Source: a virus. From it: DNA of 64,000 bases. The position numbers and the translations under genes are program-made. Of this stretch, positions 8,917 through 19,021 are shown one piece after another (positions within the stretch are counted from its first letter, which is position 1; each line of letters starts with the position of its first letter). The notes beneath the pieces are model-generated. The model saw only the letters and a program-made list of their open reading frames with translations, was not told the DNA's origin and ran no database searches. The DNA lies in the IMG/VR virus record IMGVR_UViG_3300025099_000014, positions 10,826 to 74,825 of that record. The stretch is one strand, 5' to 3'.

Positions 8917-9476
8917 CTGTCTCAAATAAAGTTATTTCCGAGGCAGAGTTGCTGCAATTATACGCTGAATCTTACCCTAAATATAAAAACAAAAAGAAGG
9001 CTAATGGTCAAGACATGCCAAGCACTAGAACTCCTAGAGCGGCACAAAGCGTATTTCCTCCATTAAGTAGACAAACCCCGGATGGTTATTACGTTGCTAT
9101 GGATGGAGATATTTTAGCAGGTTGGGCTGGGTGGAAAAAATTAGATGGCAATACATATCTTACTGCTGGTTCGGCAACAATGCCTGATTATAGAAAACAG
9201 GGAATACAAGAAATATTGTGGTCTAAAAGAGATATAGTTTTTGGAGGTGCTGCGGTTATTGCTATGGCAAATAATAGCCAACGCAAGTGGGTTAATTTTG
9301 TAGGTAAGTTTTATCCGAAAGCAACAGTAGATTTACTTCCCGATGATATACAAACGCAAGTGCAGGAAGCATTAGATTTTTATGAGGAACAAGGTAAAAA
9401 TCCTAACATATTTTACAGAGGCCCCACTGAGGATAGTGCCATGCAAAAAGCATGGGTTGTCATTAAGGGGGAGTGA
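8907..9476 (+). CDS. GNAT-family acetyltransferase-like protein
   Basis: YYVAMDGDILAGWAGW beta-hairpin and acetyl-CoA motif A ATMPDYRKQGIQEIL (R/Q-x-x-G-x). Confidence 0.65.
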   Translation: MAITVSNKVISEAELLQLYAESYPKYKNKKKANGQDMPSTRTPRAAQSVFPPLSRQTPDGYYVAMDGDILAGWAGWKKLDGNTYLTAGSATMPDYRKQGIQEILWSKRDIVFGGAAVIAMANNSQRKWVNFVGKFYPKATVDLLPDDIQTQVQEALDFYEEQGKNPNIFYRGPTEDSAMQKAWVVIKGE

Positions 9477-9478
9477 TT

Positions 9479-10819
9479 ATGTTTTTTGATATTATTAAAA
9501 AGGCTTCGGATAATTCAACGATGGATGCTGAATATTCTAAATTTAAGCAACTTGTTAATAAAGTAAAAGGGGTCAGAGATTCTATACAAAAAGAGACAAA
9601 TGAAATATTTGAGGGGTTAAAAGATGTTGTGGCCGGCGACCCTATAGCGTTTGATGAAGCAATGGACACTCTAATATTATGGCTACACAACTATAGCGAT
9701 AGGCCGATAACTGAGGCTCAGAGAAACATAATGTCAATATTTTACGGTGACGAATATAGGCCAAGTTCACACGACAAAACTCTTTCTGCGATATCTGCCC
9801 TACTTTTGCAAAAAGAATATTTACATAAACCTTACCGCATATTCAAAATATTTACTCTTGAAGCGGTTAGGGGCACTTGGACTGAAGATATTGTAAATCG
9901 CAATTTACTTCATATTCTTGAAAATACAGAAACGTCAGTCAGTGAAAGGGGTATACTACATTTTCTAGGCGCCCAACTACCTGATGGCGACGGAGAATTT
10001 AAAGATTTAATAGGGCAGATTGATGATTGGTATTCTGCTCTATATAATAAAGTTAAAACTACGTCCGATGTAGATTTACTGGGTTCTTTTTTTGTGACGT
10101 GGAAGGATGACCCCACACGAGCAGCAAAAGCGTTAACACCATATATTACTAAATTCAGGGACCTTTTATTTCAAGAAATAAATCAATATCTTAATAAGTT
10201 GATTTCTGCTGAAAAAAAGTTAATGGACGTATTTGAAATTATAACACAACAAGTAAAAAAGATGGATGACTTATTTGGTAATCTAAGAGACATAGGTGCT
10301 GAAGTTAAAGTAGGTCGGCGGACGACCTCCGAAGATGATTACGATGGAATAACAATTACAATGGGAGAATATTTTTTTAATACATCATTGCCGAGATTAC
10401 TCAGTCCAGAAGATTGCCCTACGCTGCAACACAAACCAACTAAAAGTCAGATTTGCATACAACAAGACCGTGGACACTATCGTAATATCCCTCAAGGGCC
10501 CATGTTTGATACTATATTTACTATATTCGCCCTCCTTGCGTCTCGACAAAAAGGTGTTGTGCCCCTTCTAGATTATTTTATATATCTTACAGATTTAGGC
10601 ATAAATACTGAGGCACACTATTCAGAACATTTAAACATAGAGATAACTGGAGCAACTAAATCTCAGATTACCGCTTTTAGGCGAACTGTTGAGCACTTCA
10701 AAGGATTGCGGCTATTTAACTTTAGCGAATCTTCCTCACGAATTAGGACTAAAACATTACCTCCTATTAATACATTTATAAATAGATTTCGTAGAGAAAG
10801 AAAAAGGATACAAAGATAG
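9479..10819 (+). CDS. Hypothetical protein with tag variant (MFFDIIKK)
   Basis: Long ORF; GAGTGA RBS before ATG 9479. Confidence 0.7.
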   Translation: MFFDIIKKASDNSTMDAEYSKFKQLVNKVKGVRDSIQKETNEIFEGLKDVVAGDPIAFDEAMDTLILWLHNYSDRPITEAQRNIMSIFYGDEYRPSSHDKTLSAISALLLQKEYLHKPYRIFKIFTLEAVRGTWTEDIVNRNLLHILENTETSVSERGILHFLGAQLPDGDGEFKDLIGQIDDWYSALYNKVKTTSDVDLLGSFFVTWKDDPTRAAKALTPYITKFRDLLFQEINQYLNKLISAEKKLMDVFEIITQQVKKMDDLFGNLRDIGAEVKVGRRTTSEDDYDGITITMGEYFFNTSLPRLLSPEDCPTLQHKPTKSQICIQQDRGHYRNIPQGPMFDTIFTIFALLASRQKGVVPLLDYFIYLTDLGINTEAHYSEHLNIEITGATKSQITAFRRTVEHFKGLRLFNFSESSSRIRTKTLPPINTFINRFRRERKRIQR

Positions 10820-10837
10820 ATTTTAAAGGGTGATTAA

Positions 10838-12262
10838 TTGGATAATAACTTATTATACGAAATGGATTTAAAAATGTCTAAAGGTAATTTTGATTATTTT
10901 TTTACTAAGGTATTAGGTTATGAAATGGCACCCTTTCATAAACAGTGGTTAGAAGAAGTACAGAGTAGTAATAGAACTGTTATTATTTGTTCTCGTGACC
11001 ACGGCAAGTCGGTTTTTTTCCACTCTTGGTGTGTATTTCAATTATGTTTTCAGGAGCCTCCATATCAAATGCTGTATATTTCATCTAATCATAAACAAAC
11101 AATGGTGCATATGAAAGATATTGACCGCATGTTTACTAACATACCACAGTTAAAGCGATTTAAGCCGAGGGCTGGTTGGGCTGTAGGTGCTATGCGCTTA
11201 ACAAACGGAAATGAAATACTTGAGCGTTCCGTTGGTTCACAGATTCGTGGGCTTCACCCTCAAGAAATTATTATTGACGACCCACTAAAAGAGTTCTCAA
11301 TGAATGCTATTCAACGTGTAACAGATTGGTTTTGGGGTGATATGATTCCCACATTACATCATACTGCTGCTTTACGAATGGTGGGGACTCCTTTTACTTA
11401 CACGGATATTTTTTCACAACTATCTGAAAACCCAGCATATGAAGTTAAAAGATACCCTGCTATAAACCAAGCAGGTGAGGCTTTATGGCCTTCCAGATGG
11501 GACAAAGATAAATTAGAACAACGTAAAATAGAAATTGGTTCCAGTAAGTTTACTAGAGAATATCTATGTATTCCTATAAGCACAAACACCATGCTCTTTG
11601 CACCCGACCATATAGAAAAATGTAAGGACCGAGATGCAGTTCTTACATCATCTAGAATAGCCGAAGATAGAAGATACTATATTGGTTACGACCCAGCGAT
11701 TTCAGCGAATGGCGATTGGACAGTAATGACTGTATTAGAGGTAGATGATGAAATGAATAAAAAAATAGTCCATATATTTAGAGCACAAGGTTTAGATTTT
11801 AGAGAACATATAATGCATGTTATGGACCTCTGTAGAAGATACCAACCGGAAATTGTTATGATTGAAACAAACACATTCGCTAAAGCGTTTTCTATGGAGT
11901 TAAAAAATATTAGTGACTTCCCAATAAAAGAATTTACCATGAGTAGAAAACGTAAAGAAGAAATTATTTTAAACTTACAAATGAATATTGATAATCATAA
12001 AATTATTTTTCCCTACGGTAATGAAGAATCAAGAAAGGTTAGTAGACAATTGATTCAGGAGTTAGAAGCCTTCGGTATTAATCACAATGGTAAGATAGAA
12101 GGCGTGGGCGCACATGACGATATGGTTATATCTTTAGCGTTGGCTAATTATGCTACAAAGAAGTTCTCGGATGTATTTACGCTACTCGATGATGAGGGAA
12201 TCTTTAATAATGGCTCCCCGTCTATCCCCTTTATAGGTGGTGGTATCTATGGTATTAATTAA
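10838..12262 (+). CDS. terL: Terminase large subunit
   Basis: Walker A SRDHGKS, Walker B IIIDD, coupling motif VGTP, RNase H-like nuclease YIGYDPA...HDDMVIS; GGGTGA RBS before TTG. Confidence 0.93.
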   Translation: MDNNLLYEMDLKMSKGNFDYFFTKVLGYEMAPFHKQWLEEVQSSNRTVIICSRDHGKSVFFHSWCVFQLCFQEPPYQMLYISSNHKQTMVHMKDIDRMFTNIPQLKRFKPRAGWAVGAMRLTNGNEILERSVGSQIRGLHPQEIIIDDPLKEFSMNAIQRVTDWFWGDMIPTLHHTAALRMVGTPFTYTDIFSQLSENPAYEVKRYPAINQAGEALWPSRWDKDKLEQRKIEIGSSKFTREYLCIPISTNTMLFAPDHIEKCKDRDAVLTSSRIAEDRRYYIGYDPAISANGDWTVMTVLEVDDEMNKKIVHIFRAQGLDFREHIMHVMDLCRRYQPEIVMIETNTFAKAFSMELKNISDFPIKEFTMSRKRKEEIILNLQMNIDNHKIIFPYGNEESRKVSRQLIQELEAFGINHNGKIEGVGAHDDMVISLALANYATKKFSDVFTLLDDEGIFNNGSPSIPFIGGGIYGIN

Positions 12263-13640
12263 GTTCGATACAGACCAAATGCGGCAAGAATTGGACGAGT
12301 TAGACAGGGCAAAACAAGACGTTAAACAACAAGAAGAAGCAAGAGTTAAACCTATTGAGGAACGAATTAAACAGAACCTTAAAACTAAGTCAGAAATTAA
12401 CTCTTGGTTAGACATGCAATCAGATTCAGAAATTGATGTAGTTAAGTCCATTTCTGCTATGTGTGGGGTGAATCTAACAAGTGCTATGTCTTTTATTCCT
12501 GCCTACCCTACCCCTCCTGTTGTTGGCGATAAAAATCTTCCTGATTTAGTAAAGGAGATGAGAAAAATCCGCAGAGGTCTAAAGGGTGGACAGCGTGATA
12601 GTATCGCTAAAGGTATTGACCACCTAATTACCGCATATCAAGAATACATCGGTAAATGTGTAGATTCTATTTATTGGCTCCGCCCATATCACTCCCCACT
12701 CTATGATTCAGGTCTATCCGAATCAAAAATCAAAAAACTATACAGTGTTAAGGATTCAGACCGTAGACAAACAATTATTGATAATCTTTGTAAAATGTGG
12801 GACGCTAAGTTAGAGCGTAGGGAATTAGATTACGGTCCAGAATACTCTACTTTAACAAAAGAAATCAATAAGGGTAAAAAAGAAATTTCATCCATACTTC
12901 GTTCTATTAAACATCAAGATATTAGAAAGTCCCGAAGAGAAAATATCGAAATAGAAATTAGAGATATTATTAATGAAAATCCGGGAATTACTTCTAATAC
13001 TATTTTTGAGAAAATGAGTGAGAAACATGCAAAGTATTCCACACCATCTACGATTGCTAAGATGGCTATGACAATAGGCGCTACTAATGTAAATAGTGAA
13101 TATTACCTTATTAGAGATGCTATTCGTAAAGATTTATATTCCTATGTTGCCGGCTTTATTGATTCGGATGGATATATTACTATGGATAGTAAGTACTCTC
13201 CGAGAGTAGGCATGGTCGCCACCGGTAATAGAGGTAGAGCCTTTTTTACTGAATTGGAGTCAGAACTAAAATGTGGTAGATTACATTTAGACCAAAAAGT
13301 AGGAGAAAATAATAGAAGTCAGCACCGACTAAATTTTTACAGTGCTAATGATATTGGGACTGTTTTAGATAAGTGTATTCCCCATCTTCGTATGAAAAAG
13401 AGTCAGGGGAGATTAGTCAAGGAAGCATTAAGAATTAAAAAGAATCATAAGAACCAACCGTGGGCAAAAGAACGCCTTAAGGAAATTTTCCAACTAATTA
13501 AATATGAAAACTGGAAGGATGCTAGGAACACTTATGAATTAGACAAGTATGGAGTTAATCCAGAAGTAGTAGTTAAGTATTTTGATAATGATAAAAATTC
13601 AATAATGGATGATTTAGAATCCATCGTAAAGGAGGAATAA
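12249..13640 (+). CDS. Multidomain protein with C-terminal LAGLIDADG (homing endonuclease-like) domain
   Basis: YVAGFIDSDGYI motif followed by the typical beta-strands and LDKCIPHLRMKK; preceded by a wHTH-like IINENPGITSNTIFEKM segment and about 230 aa of helical sequence. Start is uncertain (12237 or 12249). Confidence 0.75.
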   Translation: MVLIKFDTDQMRQELDELDRAKQDVKQQEEARVKPIEERIKQNLKTKSEINSWLDMQSDSEIDVVKSISAMCGVNLTSAMSFIPAYPTPPVVGDKNLPDLVKEMRKIRRGLKGGQRDSIAKGIDHLITAYQEYIGKCVDSIYWLRPYHSPLYDSGLSESKIKKLYSVKDSDRRQTIIDNLCKMWDAKLERRELDYGPEYSTLTKEINKGKKEISSILRSIKHQDIRKSRRENIEIEIRDIINENPGITSNTIFEKMSEKHAKYSTPSTIAKMAMTIGATNVNSEYYLIRDAIRKDLYSYVAGFIDSDGYITMDSKYSPRVGMVATGNRGRAFFTELESELKCGRLHLDQKVGENNRSQHRLNFYSANDIGTVLDKCIPHLRMKKSQGRLVKEALRIKKNHKNQPWAKERLKEIFQLIKYENWKDARNTYELDKYGVNPEVVVKYFDNDKNSIMDDLESIVKEE

Positions 13641-13641
13641 T

Positions 13642-15267
13642 ATGGGAGTAAGAGATAGGCTAAGTAATTTAATCAGGAGAAGGACACCTACTCCTGTAGA
13701 AAAGGAAGTATATAATTTAGGTATACAAGAAAAGAAACACCCTCAACATATTTTGGGTCCTGCCCTATACAACGTAGCAGACCAATCTGTTGTTGTTAGG
13801 ACGTGTATTACACAATTAAAAACGGAAATTTTCCGTCGAGGATATCAGTGGGAAAAGGCATTTTATAAAAAATGTACTAGTTGTGGTGAAGAATATCAAT
13901 CAGAAATAGACGAGTGTTCTGTTTGTGGCTGTGTTGAATTTAGAGGCCCCGACCCCATGCAAAAGAAATATGCTGAAAAAATGGTAAACGGGTATGTAAA
14001 CAAATCAGACCAGTTATTCGTTGATGTTTTAAAAGAAATAGAAAGAGATTTAAATGTTGCTGATGATGCATATCTTATATTTGTTAAGGAATATTATGTA
14101 GATGAGTTAGGTAATATTAAACTACATAAAGTAAAAGAACTATACCGTGGTGACCCACTAACTATGTATATTGATGTAGACAACGACGGTGATAGAGGAA
14201 CTTCACATTATACTTGTGTTACCCATAGAGAACTATATACAGATGACCCACATGAAAATTGTCCTGAATGTAATGCTTCTTTACACCCTGTTGTATATGT
14301 TAATCGCGTTCATGGACATGAACAATATTATATCGAAGGAGAGGTTGTTCACGTTAGTAAATTTAGCCCTAGTAGGCTATACGGAACATCACCAATTATT
14401 ACTCTATGGAGTCATATTACTACCCTTCTTGCTATGGAGAATTATATTAATACATCGTATAGTAAGGCCCGCACACCGAAGGGTATCTTAGCGGTTCAGA
14501 CAAACAATATGGATTCACTAATTAGATACTGGAGAGGTGTTAAAGAGAAGTTAGAAAAAGACCCACACTATATTCCTATTATGGGTATTGAGACAGAAGC
14601 CGGAGGACGTGGAGAAGTTAAATGGGTTCCGTTTATGCAGAGCCTAAAAGAAATGGATTATTCCGCAGTTAAGGATGATTTAAGAATGCGTATTGGTGCT
14701 TTCTATGGTATATCACCGATTTTTCAGGCTGATAACACAACCGGTGGCGGTCTAAATAATGAAGGTTTACAAATTACAGTAACTAACAGAACCATAGAAT
14801 TAGCACAAAGCGTATATAATAAATATATATTTCCTTATATGGAAAGACAGTTTGGTGTTACTGATTGGAATATTAGGCTGCTACGCTCTGAGGAAGAGGA
14901 CGATGTTCATGCTATGCGACGACGTGAAACAGAAGTCAATATTGCTGGTCAAATGAAGAACTTAGGGTTTGATGTAGATATGGACGAAGACGGAAACTTT
15001 ATCTTTAAGAAGATGGTTAAGCCGGATGAAGTAATACAACAAGCACAGGCTAAAGGTGCAGAATTTCAGGCAGACCCATATGCAGGAACAGATATAGATG
15101 CTAGATACTTAGGGCAAATGCAAGCAGATATGATGCAGCAAGGCAACCAACCAATACAAACAGAGGGCCGTGGAAATAAGAGTAGTACTGCTTTACAATT
15201 AGCAAATAGAAATACAGGTGCTCCCGCAGGAACAGCGAATGAAAATGTGGATAGGAGGACAGAATAA
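13642..15267 (+). CDS. Portal protein with zinc-ribbon insertions
   Basis: Lies between TerL and the head genes; portal-like SRLYGTSPI, PKGIL and IGAFYGISPIF segments; CxxC...CxxC and CxxH...CxxC inserts. Confidence 0.85.
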   Translation: MGVRDRLSNLIRRRTPTPVEKEVYNLGIQEKKHPQHILGPALYNVADQSVVVRTCITQLKTEIFRRGYQWEKAFYKKCTSCGEEYQSEIDECSVCGCVEFRGPDPMQKKYAEKMVNGYVNKSDQLFVDVLKEIERDLNVADDAYLIFVKEYYVDELGNIKLHKVKELYRGDPLTMYIDVDNDGDRGTSHYTCVTHRELYTDDPHENCPECNASLHPVVYVNRVHGHEQYYIEGEVVHVSKFSPSRLYGTSPIITLWSHITTLLAMENYINTSYSKARTPKGILAVQTNNMDSLIRYWRGVKEKLEKDPHYIPIMGIETEAGGRGEVKWVPFMQSLKEMDYSAVKDDLRMRIGAFYGISPIFQADNTTGGGLNNEGLQITVTNRTIELAQSVYNKYIFPYMERQFGVTDWNIRLLRSEEEDDVHAMRRRETEVNIAGQMKNLGFDVDMDEDGNFIFKKMVKPDEVIQQAQAKGAEFQADPYAGTDIDARYLGQMQADMMQQGNQPIQTEGRGNKSSTALQLANRNTGAPAGTANENVDRRTE

Positions 15268-15455
15268 TGAACTGGCAAGATATTCTTAAAACAGATTTTA
15301 AGAAATTAGATAATATAGCATTAAGAAATTTATATTATAGTTTAAAAGATACTGCTAGAACTGAAGAGGATAGAAAATTTCTTTTTCAAATAATTGAAGA
15401 AATGATACAAAGAGGTATGTGGAGAACTTCCAATTACAGAACAGGCAGAAAATAA
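15267..15455 (+). CDS. Small W-tagged hypothetical protein
   Basis: MNWQDILKT; TAATG-coupled to the portal. Confidence 0.65.
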   Translation: MNWQDILKTDFKKLDNIALRNLYYSLKDTARTEEDRKFLFQIIEEMIQRGMWRTSNYRTGRK

Positions 15456-15469
15456 AGAGAGATGATAAA

Positions 15470-15688
15470 ATGACTGACATGATTAAAAGAAAGTTAAATG
15501 ATATGAAACAACAATTAAGTAAAATCGAGAGCAAAGTAAATGCTCCCGAACCCGTTCAGAAAACAACAACTAACATGGTTCCCGCAGGTGTTGGTGAAGC
15601 AACAGAACCTACGCGAGAAGCAGAACCCGGCGCACCCGGTTTTATTACTGGTGGGCCTAGAATGAGTAAGAAGATGAAAGAAGTTTAA
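15470..15688 (+). CDS. Small coiled-coil hypothetical protein
   Basis: Start MTDMIKRKL after a GAGATGA RBS-like sequence. Confidence 0.6.
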   Translation: MTDMIKRKLNDMKQQLSKIESKVNAPEPVQKTTTNMVPAGVGEATEPTREAEPGAPGFITGGPRMSKKMKEV

Positions 15689-15697
15689 GGTGATTAA

Positions 15698-17755
15698 ATG
15701 GGTTGGGAAAATATTGTGAAAATTAAAAAACCATCACCATATGTCCCAAGAACGGTCACCGTTGGTGAAGAACCAAACAAAAAGGATTTTAAAGAAATAG
15801 GTATTCCACAACCTTTTTTTGATAATTTAGAGGAAAGTTTTCTTAATGATATTTTAGAATTATTACCTGACCTAAAAATGGATACTATCCAAAAAATTGA
15901 GGTTCCATACGATAAAATATTAACATTAGATTTTCTAAGATATAAAAAAATACCATCAGAAAAAAAGAAAGAATACTTAACTGATATAAAAAACAAAATA
16001 GTTAATGAAATTTTTTATATAGTTATAAAACCTACATTAAAGGGACGGCAATCGGTTCTCCCTCCATATCCAAAAACACCATTAAAAATATTACAGGATA
16101 GACCTAATATTGATTATGAAAAATATGGTGGGGAGGGTACGCTTTCAGATAGATTCGTAGACCAAGCGGAAGAATTAGTTACGGACATAGCCACAGCAAT
16201 CAGTAGAATATTAGTACCCTATGTTAAAGAAACCACTAAAAGGTCCGAGCCATCCAAAGATGATGACGATACTCCGAGACAAGAACAGATTGTAGAAACA
16301 CCAGCGAGTAGTGTAGATATGGGTACGGTCTATGCTACATTATTACAGGGTACGGATAAAGCCAGAGGCTTCAGGGATACAGTTGATTTAGATTCCGAAG
16401 GTAAGCCCAATATTACTAACGAGGTTGTAAGAATCTTTGAAATACATATTAATGACTTGTATAAAAATGTGTATATACATAATGCAAGTAAATTTAATGA
16501 CAAAATTTACGCTAAAGTGGATAAATTTTTTGAGCAGTTACAAGAACTAGATAACTCCGATAAAGATAACGCCTACAGAAAACCTCATGTTCTCCTAGAT
16601 AATATATCAATGTTAAGAATAATAATGAGAATATGGTTCACTGCATATAGATTAACTAATGTAAGAAATCTGAATACTGGGTTAAATAAACCAGTACGAC
16701 AATCTGCAAAACGTGAATATAAACCAAAGGGCTTAAAAATGTGGATTGGGGATGAAGAATTTGAACTAACTCCACAAAATGCTCAATTGTTACAGGAAGA
16801 ATACAAAAAGGTAGGAACGTATAGTTTCCGCGACCCAAAAGCGGGAGAAAAAACGGCTAAAAGAGAGCAGGAACTTGCTGAAAAACAAAAACAATTAAAA
16901 GAAACAGTAAGTAAAATTAAGGAAATAGATAAACTTTTACAGGATACAGATGAAAGAAAAAACGAAGACGGGTTATTAGACCTAGCAAATATGATTGATA
17001 GTGGTGAGGTTGAAGTATCGGTAGGTGGAAAGTCGATACAAGACAGTGAATTAGTATCAAGTCAGAAGTTAAGAGCAGACCGTAAAGAATTATTACGTCA
17101 GCATAAAGAATTAGAGGCTACTATTCGTGTTAAACCATCCATTGAAGACAAAGAAATAATTGAAGCGGCTATGGCAATGGTAGACCCTTCTTATGCAAGG
17201 TCAGGAAAAACAATTACTAGAGAAGGTGCTCAACAGACGCAATCAATGAAAAGACGTGCTGCACTTGGAGCATATGATACGCCACCATCGGATGATAAGC
17301 GTTCTAAAGAAGAGTGGGAAAAAGAATTCCAAGAGGCTCAAGCCGAAATGTATGGCGAAGGTAAATACCCTAAAGGGGGTAAAGTGGGCAAAGCATTGGA
17401 TTTACTAATGGGTGAATTGGGTGTAACATCAAATACTATAATTAAAGCAGACAATAGTAAAATTCTACAAGAATTAAATAAAAAAGACAAAAGATTAGTA
17501 AAGACCCTACTACAGTTGGCACACCCAACAGAATACTTCAATGAGGATGCCCTAAAATTAGGAGAACTTATTACGGTATTGAAGTCGTTGGGTATTGTTA
17601 ACGATAATAAGGCGCTAAAAAAGAAAGTCCTTAAATACGAGGACGAGAATCTAAAGGTTGTGAAGAGAGCGGTTCGATTACGCCGCGAATATGAAAAACT
17701 ATATAAATCAATTAGAGAAGTAATCTACCCGAAGTCAGGTGAAAAAGATGAGTAA
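15698..17755 (+). CDS. Large W-tagged coiled-coil protein
   Basis: 685 aa, starts MGWENIVK; AGGTGA RBS. Confidence 0.75.
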   Translation: MGWENIVKIKKPSPYVPRTVTVGEEPNKKDFKEIGIPQPFFDNLEESFLNDILELLPDLKMDTIQKIEVPYDKILTLDFLRYKKIPSEKKKEYLTDIKNKIVNEIFYIVIKPTLKGRQSVLPPYPKTPLKILQDRPNIDYEKYGGEGTLSDRFVDQAEELVTDIATAISRILVPYVKETTKRSEPSKDDDDTPRQEQIVETPASSVDMGTVYATLLQGTDKARGFRDTVDLDSEGKPNITNEVVRIFEIHINDLYKNVYIHNASKFNDKIYAKVDKFFEQLQELDNSDKDNAYRKPHVLLDNISMLRIIMRIWFTAYRLTNVRNLNTGLNKPVRQSAKREYKPKGLKMWIGDEEFELTPQNAQLLQEEYKKVGTYSFRDPKAGEKTAKREQELAEKQKQLKETVSKIKEIDKLLQDTDERKNEDGLLDLANMIDSGEVEVSVGGKSIQDSELVSSQKLRADRKELLRQHKELEATIRVKPSIEDKEIIEAAMAMVDPSYARSGKTITREGAQQTQSMKRRAALGAYDTPPSDDKRSKEEWEKEFQEAQAEMYGEGKYPKGGKVGKALDLLMGELGVTSNTIIKADNSKILQELNKKDKRLVKTLLQLAHPTEYFNEDALKLGELITVLKSLGIVNDNKALKKKVLKYEDENLKVVKRAVRLRREYEKLYKSIREVIYPKSGEKDE

Positions 17756-17981
17756 TGATAACGATTTACAAATGTTACTAAAAGAGTTAGTAGACCGTGT
17801 TAAAAGCCTTGAGGCTATGGTTTACAGTTCAGATAATATTCTTATGAAGTCGGGTCTTGTTAAGACCCAAACACAGGTTCCCGCTGTTTCTAGTGGTAGT
17901 CCACTACCCGATGCTGATACCATCGCAAAAATGGATTGGACAGAACTAGACAGCATGGTTAAAAAAATTAATGGTGAATAA
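17748..17981 (+). CDS. Small coiled-coil protein with scaffold-like C-terminal helix
   Basis: AGGTGA RBS; ends IAKMDWTELDSMV, similar to the protease/scaffold end LSWEEVNALA. Confidence 0.6.
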   Translation: MSNDNDLQMLLKELVDRVKSLEAMVYSSDNILMKSGLVKTQTQVPAVSSGSPLPDADTIAKMDWTELDSMVKKINGE

Positions 17982-17982
17982 T

Positions 17983-18591
17983 ATGGAATACGATAATTTA
18001 GGAGAAACAGAAAATTTAAGCGCACATAGGGATGCCCAAAGCGATGCGGAAAAGAAAGTAACAATGGCCCTAACACAATTACGAGATTTAACAACATTGA
18101 TTAGTAACCATTTAGGAAGTCCAGTGGACCCTGATGAACACGCAGAAGATGTTAAAGTAAATAAGCCAGCATCTAAGAAAGTAGATGTATTTGGTGTTCA
18201 ATTTGATGATGGTCCATTAGGTCCACGTTCTATTCCTCGTGGTGCTGCAAAACCAAATAAGCCAACAACAATGAAAAAGGCATATGGTCGTGATAAACTA
18301 GATAGAGATTTAGCAGGACAAAAGTATGTAGGGCGTGGTGCAGACCGTGAACCTATGGAGGATGAAGCCGGTCCTATGGAAAGAGGTCCAGTAATGGGTA
18401 AAAAGCGTAAACCATCAGTAAAGGAATCTTTACCAGAAATGGCTGCTTCTTTTAAAGCAATTGCTGAACAGGTAAAATCTGTGAACATGTTGTTGGGCAA
18501 ATTAGTCGAGCAGGAGGCTTCAACAAAAGTTTCCGCTAAAAGAGCAAATAGACCACAGGATGAAGACGAGCCTACTAAGGACAGATTCTAG
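17983..18591 (+). CDS. Low-complexity, charged hypothetical protein (head region)
   Basis: GGTGA RBS before MEYDNLGE; Pro/Lys-rich, probably disordered. Confidence 0.65.
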   Translation: MEYDNLGETENLSAHRDAQSDAEKKVTMALTQLRDLTTLISNHLGSPVDPDEHAEDVKVNKPASKKVDVFGVQFDDGPLGPRSIPRGAAKPNKPTTMKKAYGRDKLDRDLAGQKYVGRGADREPMEDEAGPMERGPVMGKKRKPSVKESLPEMAASFKAIAEQVKSVNMLLGKLVEQEASTKVSAKRANRPQDEDEPTKDRF

Positions 18592-18601
18592 GTGGTTTAA
18601 T

Positions 18602-19021
18602 GTGGATTGGAAAATTATCCTAAAAGCAAAATTATCTGATTCTCAACGTATTACTATAATGCGTATTATTACTAAATATTTACAAGATAAAAATATAGGT
18701 ATTAACATAGAATATACCGGTATAGACCCCGGTGAATTTAGTTTTGGGACTGAACAAGAAGTAAGATTTCCTAATAACTATAAAATTACCACATCAGACG
18801 CTTCAGCAAATTTTCATATAGATTTTAATCCTCATAATTTACAACCTGTAATTAGACATAAAAGTGGTCAACTAAGTTTAACACTAATGTTAGAAGATAT
18901 TTTAGGAGTAGGGGACCCAGAAAGAGCCGAAGAACCATTAATAGATATGATAATGGAAGTAATGAAAAAACCAAAAGCCGACAAACCAAAAGACGACAAA
19001 GGGGATGTTTCTTTTGGTTAA
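18602..19021 (+). CDS. Hypothetical protein with N-terminal W-tag
   Basis: AGGTGG RBS then GTG 18602, giving MDWKIILKAK. Confidence 0.65.
   Translation: MDWKIILKAKLSDSQRITIMRIITKYLQDKNIGINIEYTGIDPGEFSFGTEQEVRFPNNYKITTSDASANFHIDFNPHNLQPVIRHKSGQLSLTLMLEDILGVGDPERAEEPLIDMIMEVMKKPKADKPKDDKGDVSFG

Noticed and set aside
12249-13640. Intein or intron interrupting TerL or portal
   Set aside because: TerL and portal appear complete; no Cys/Ser start or His-Asn splice end is seen around the LAGLIDADG domain.
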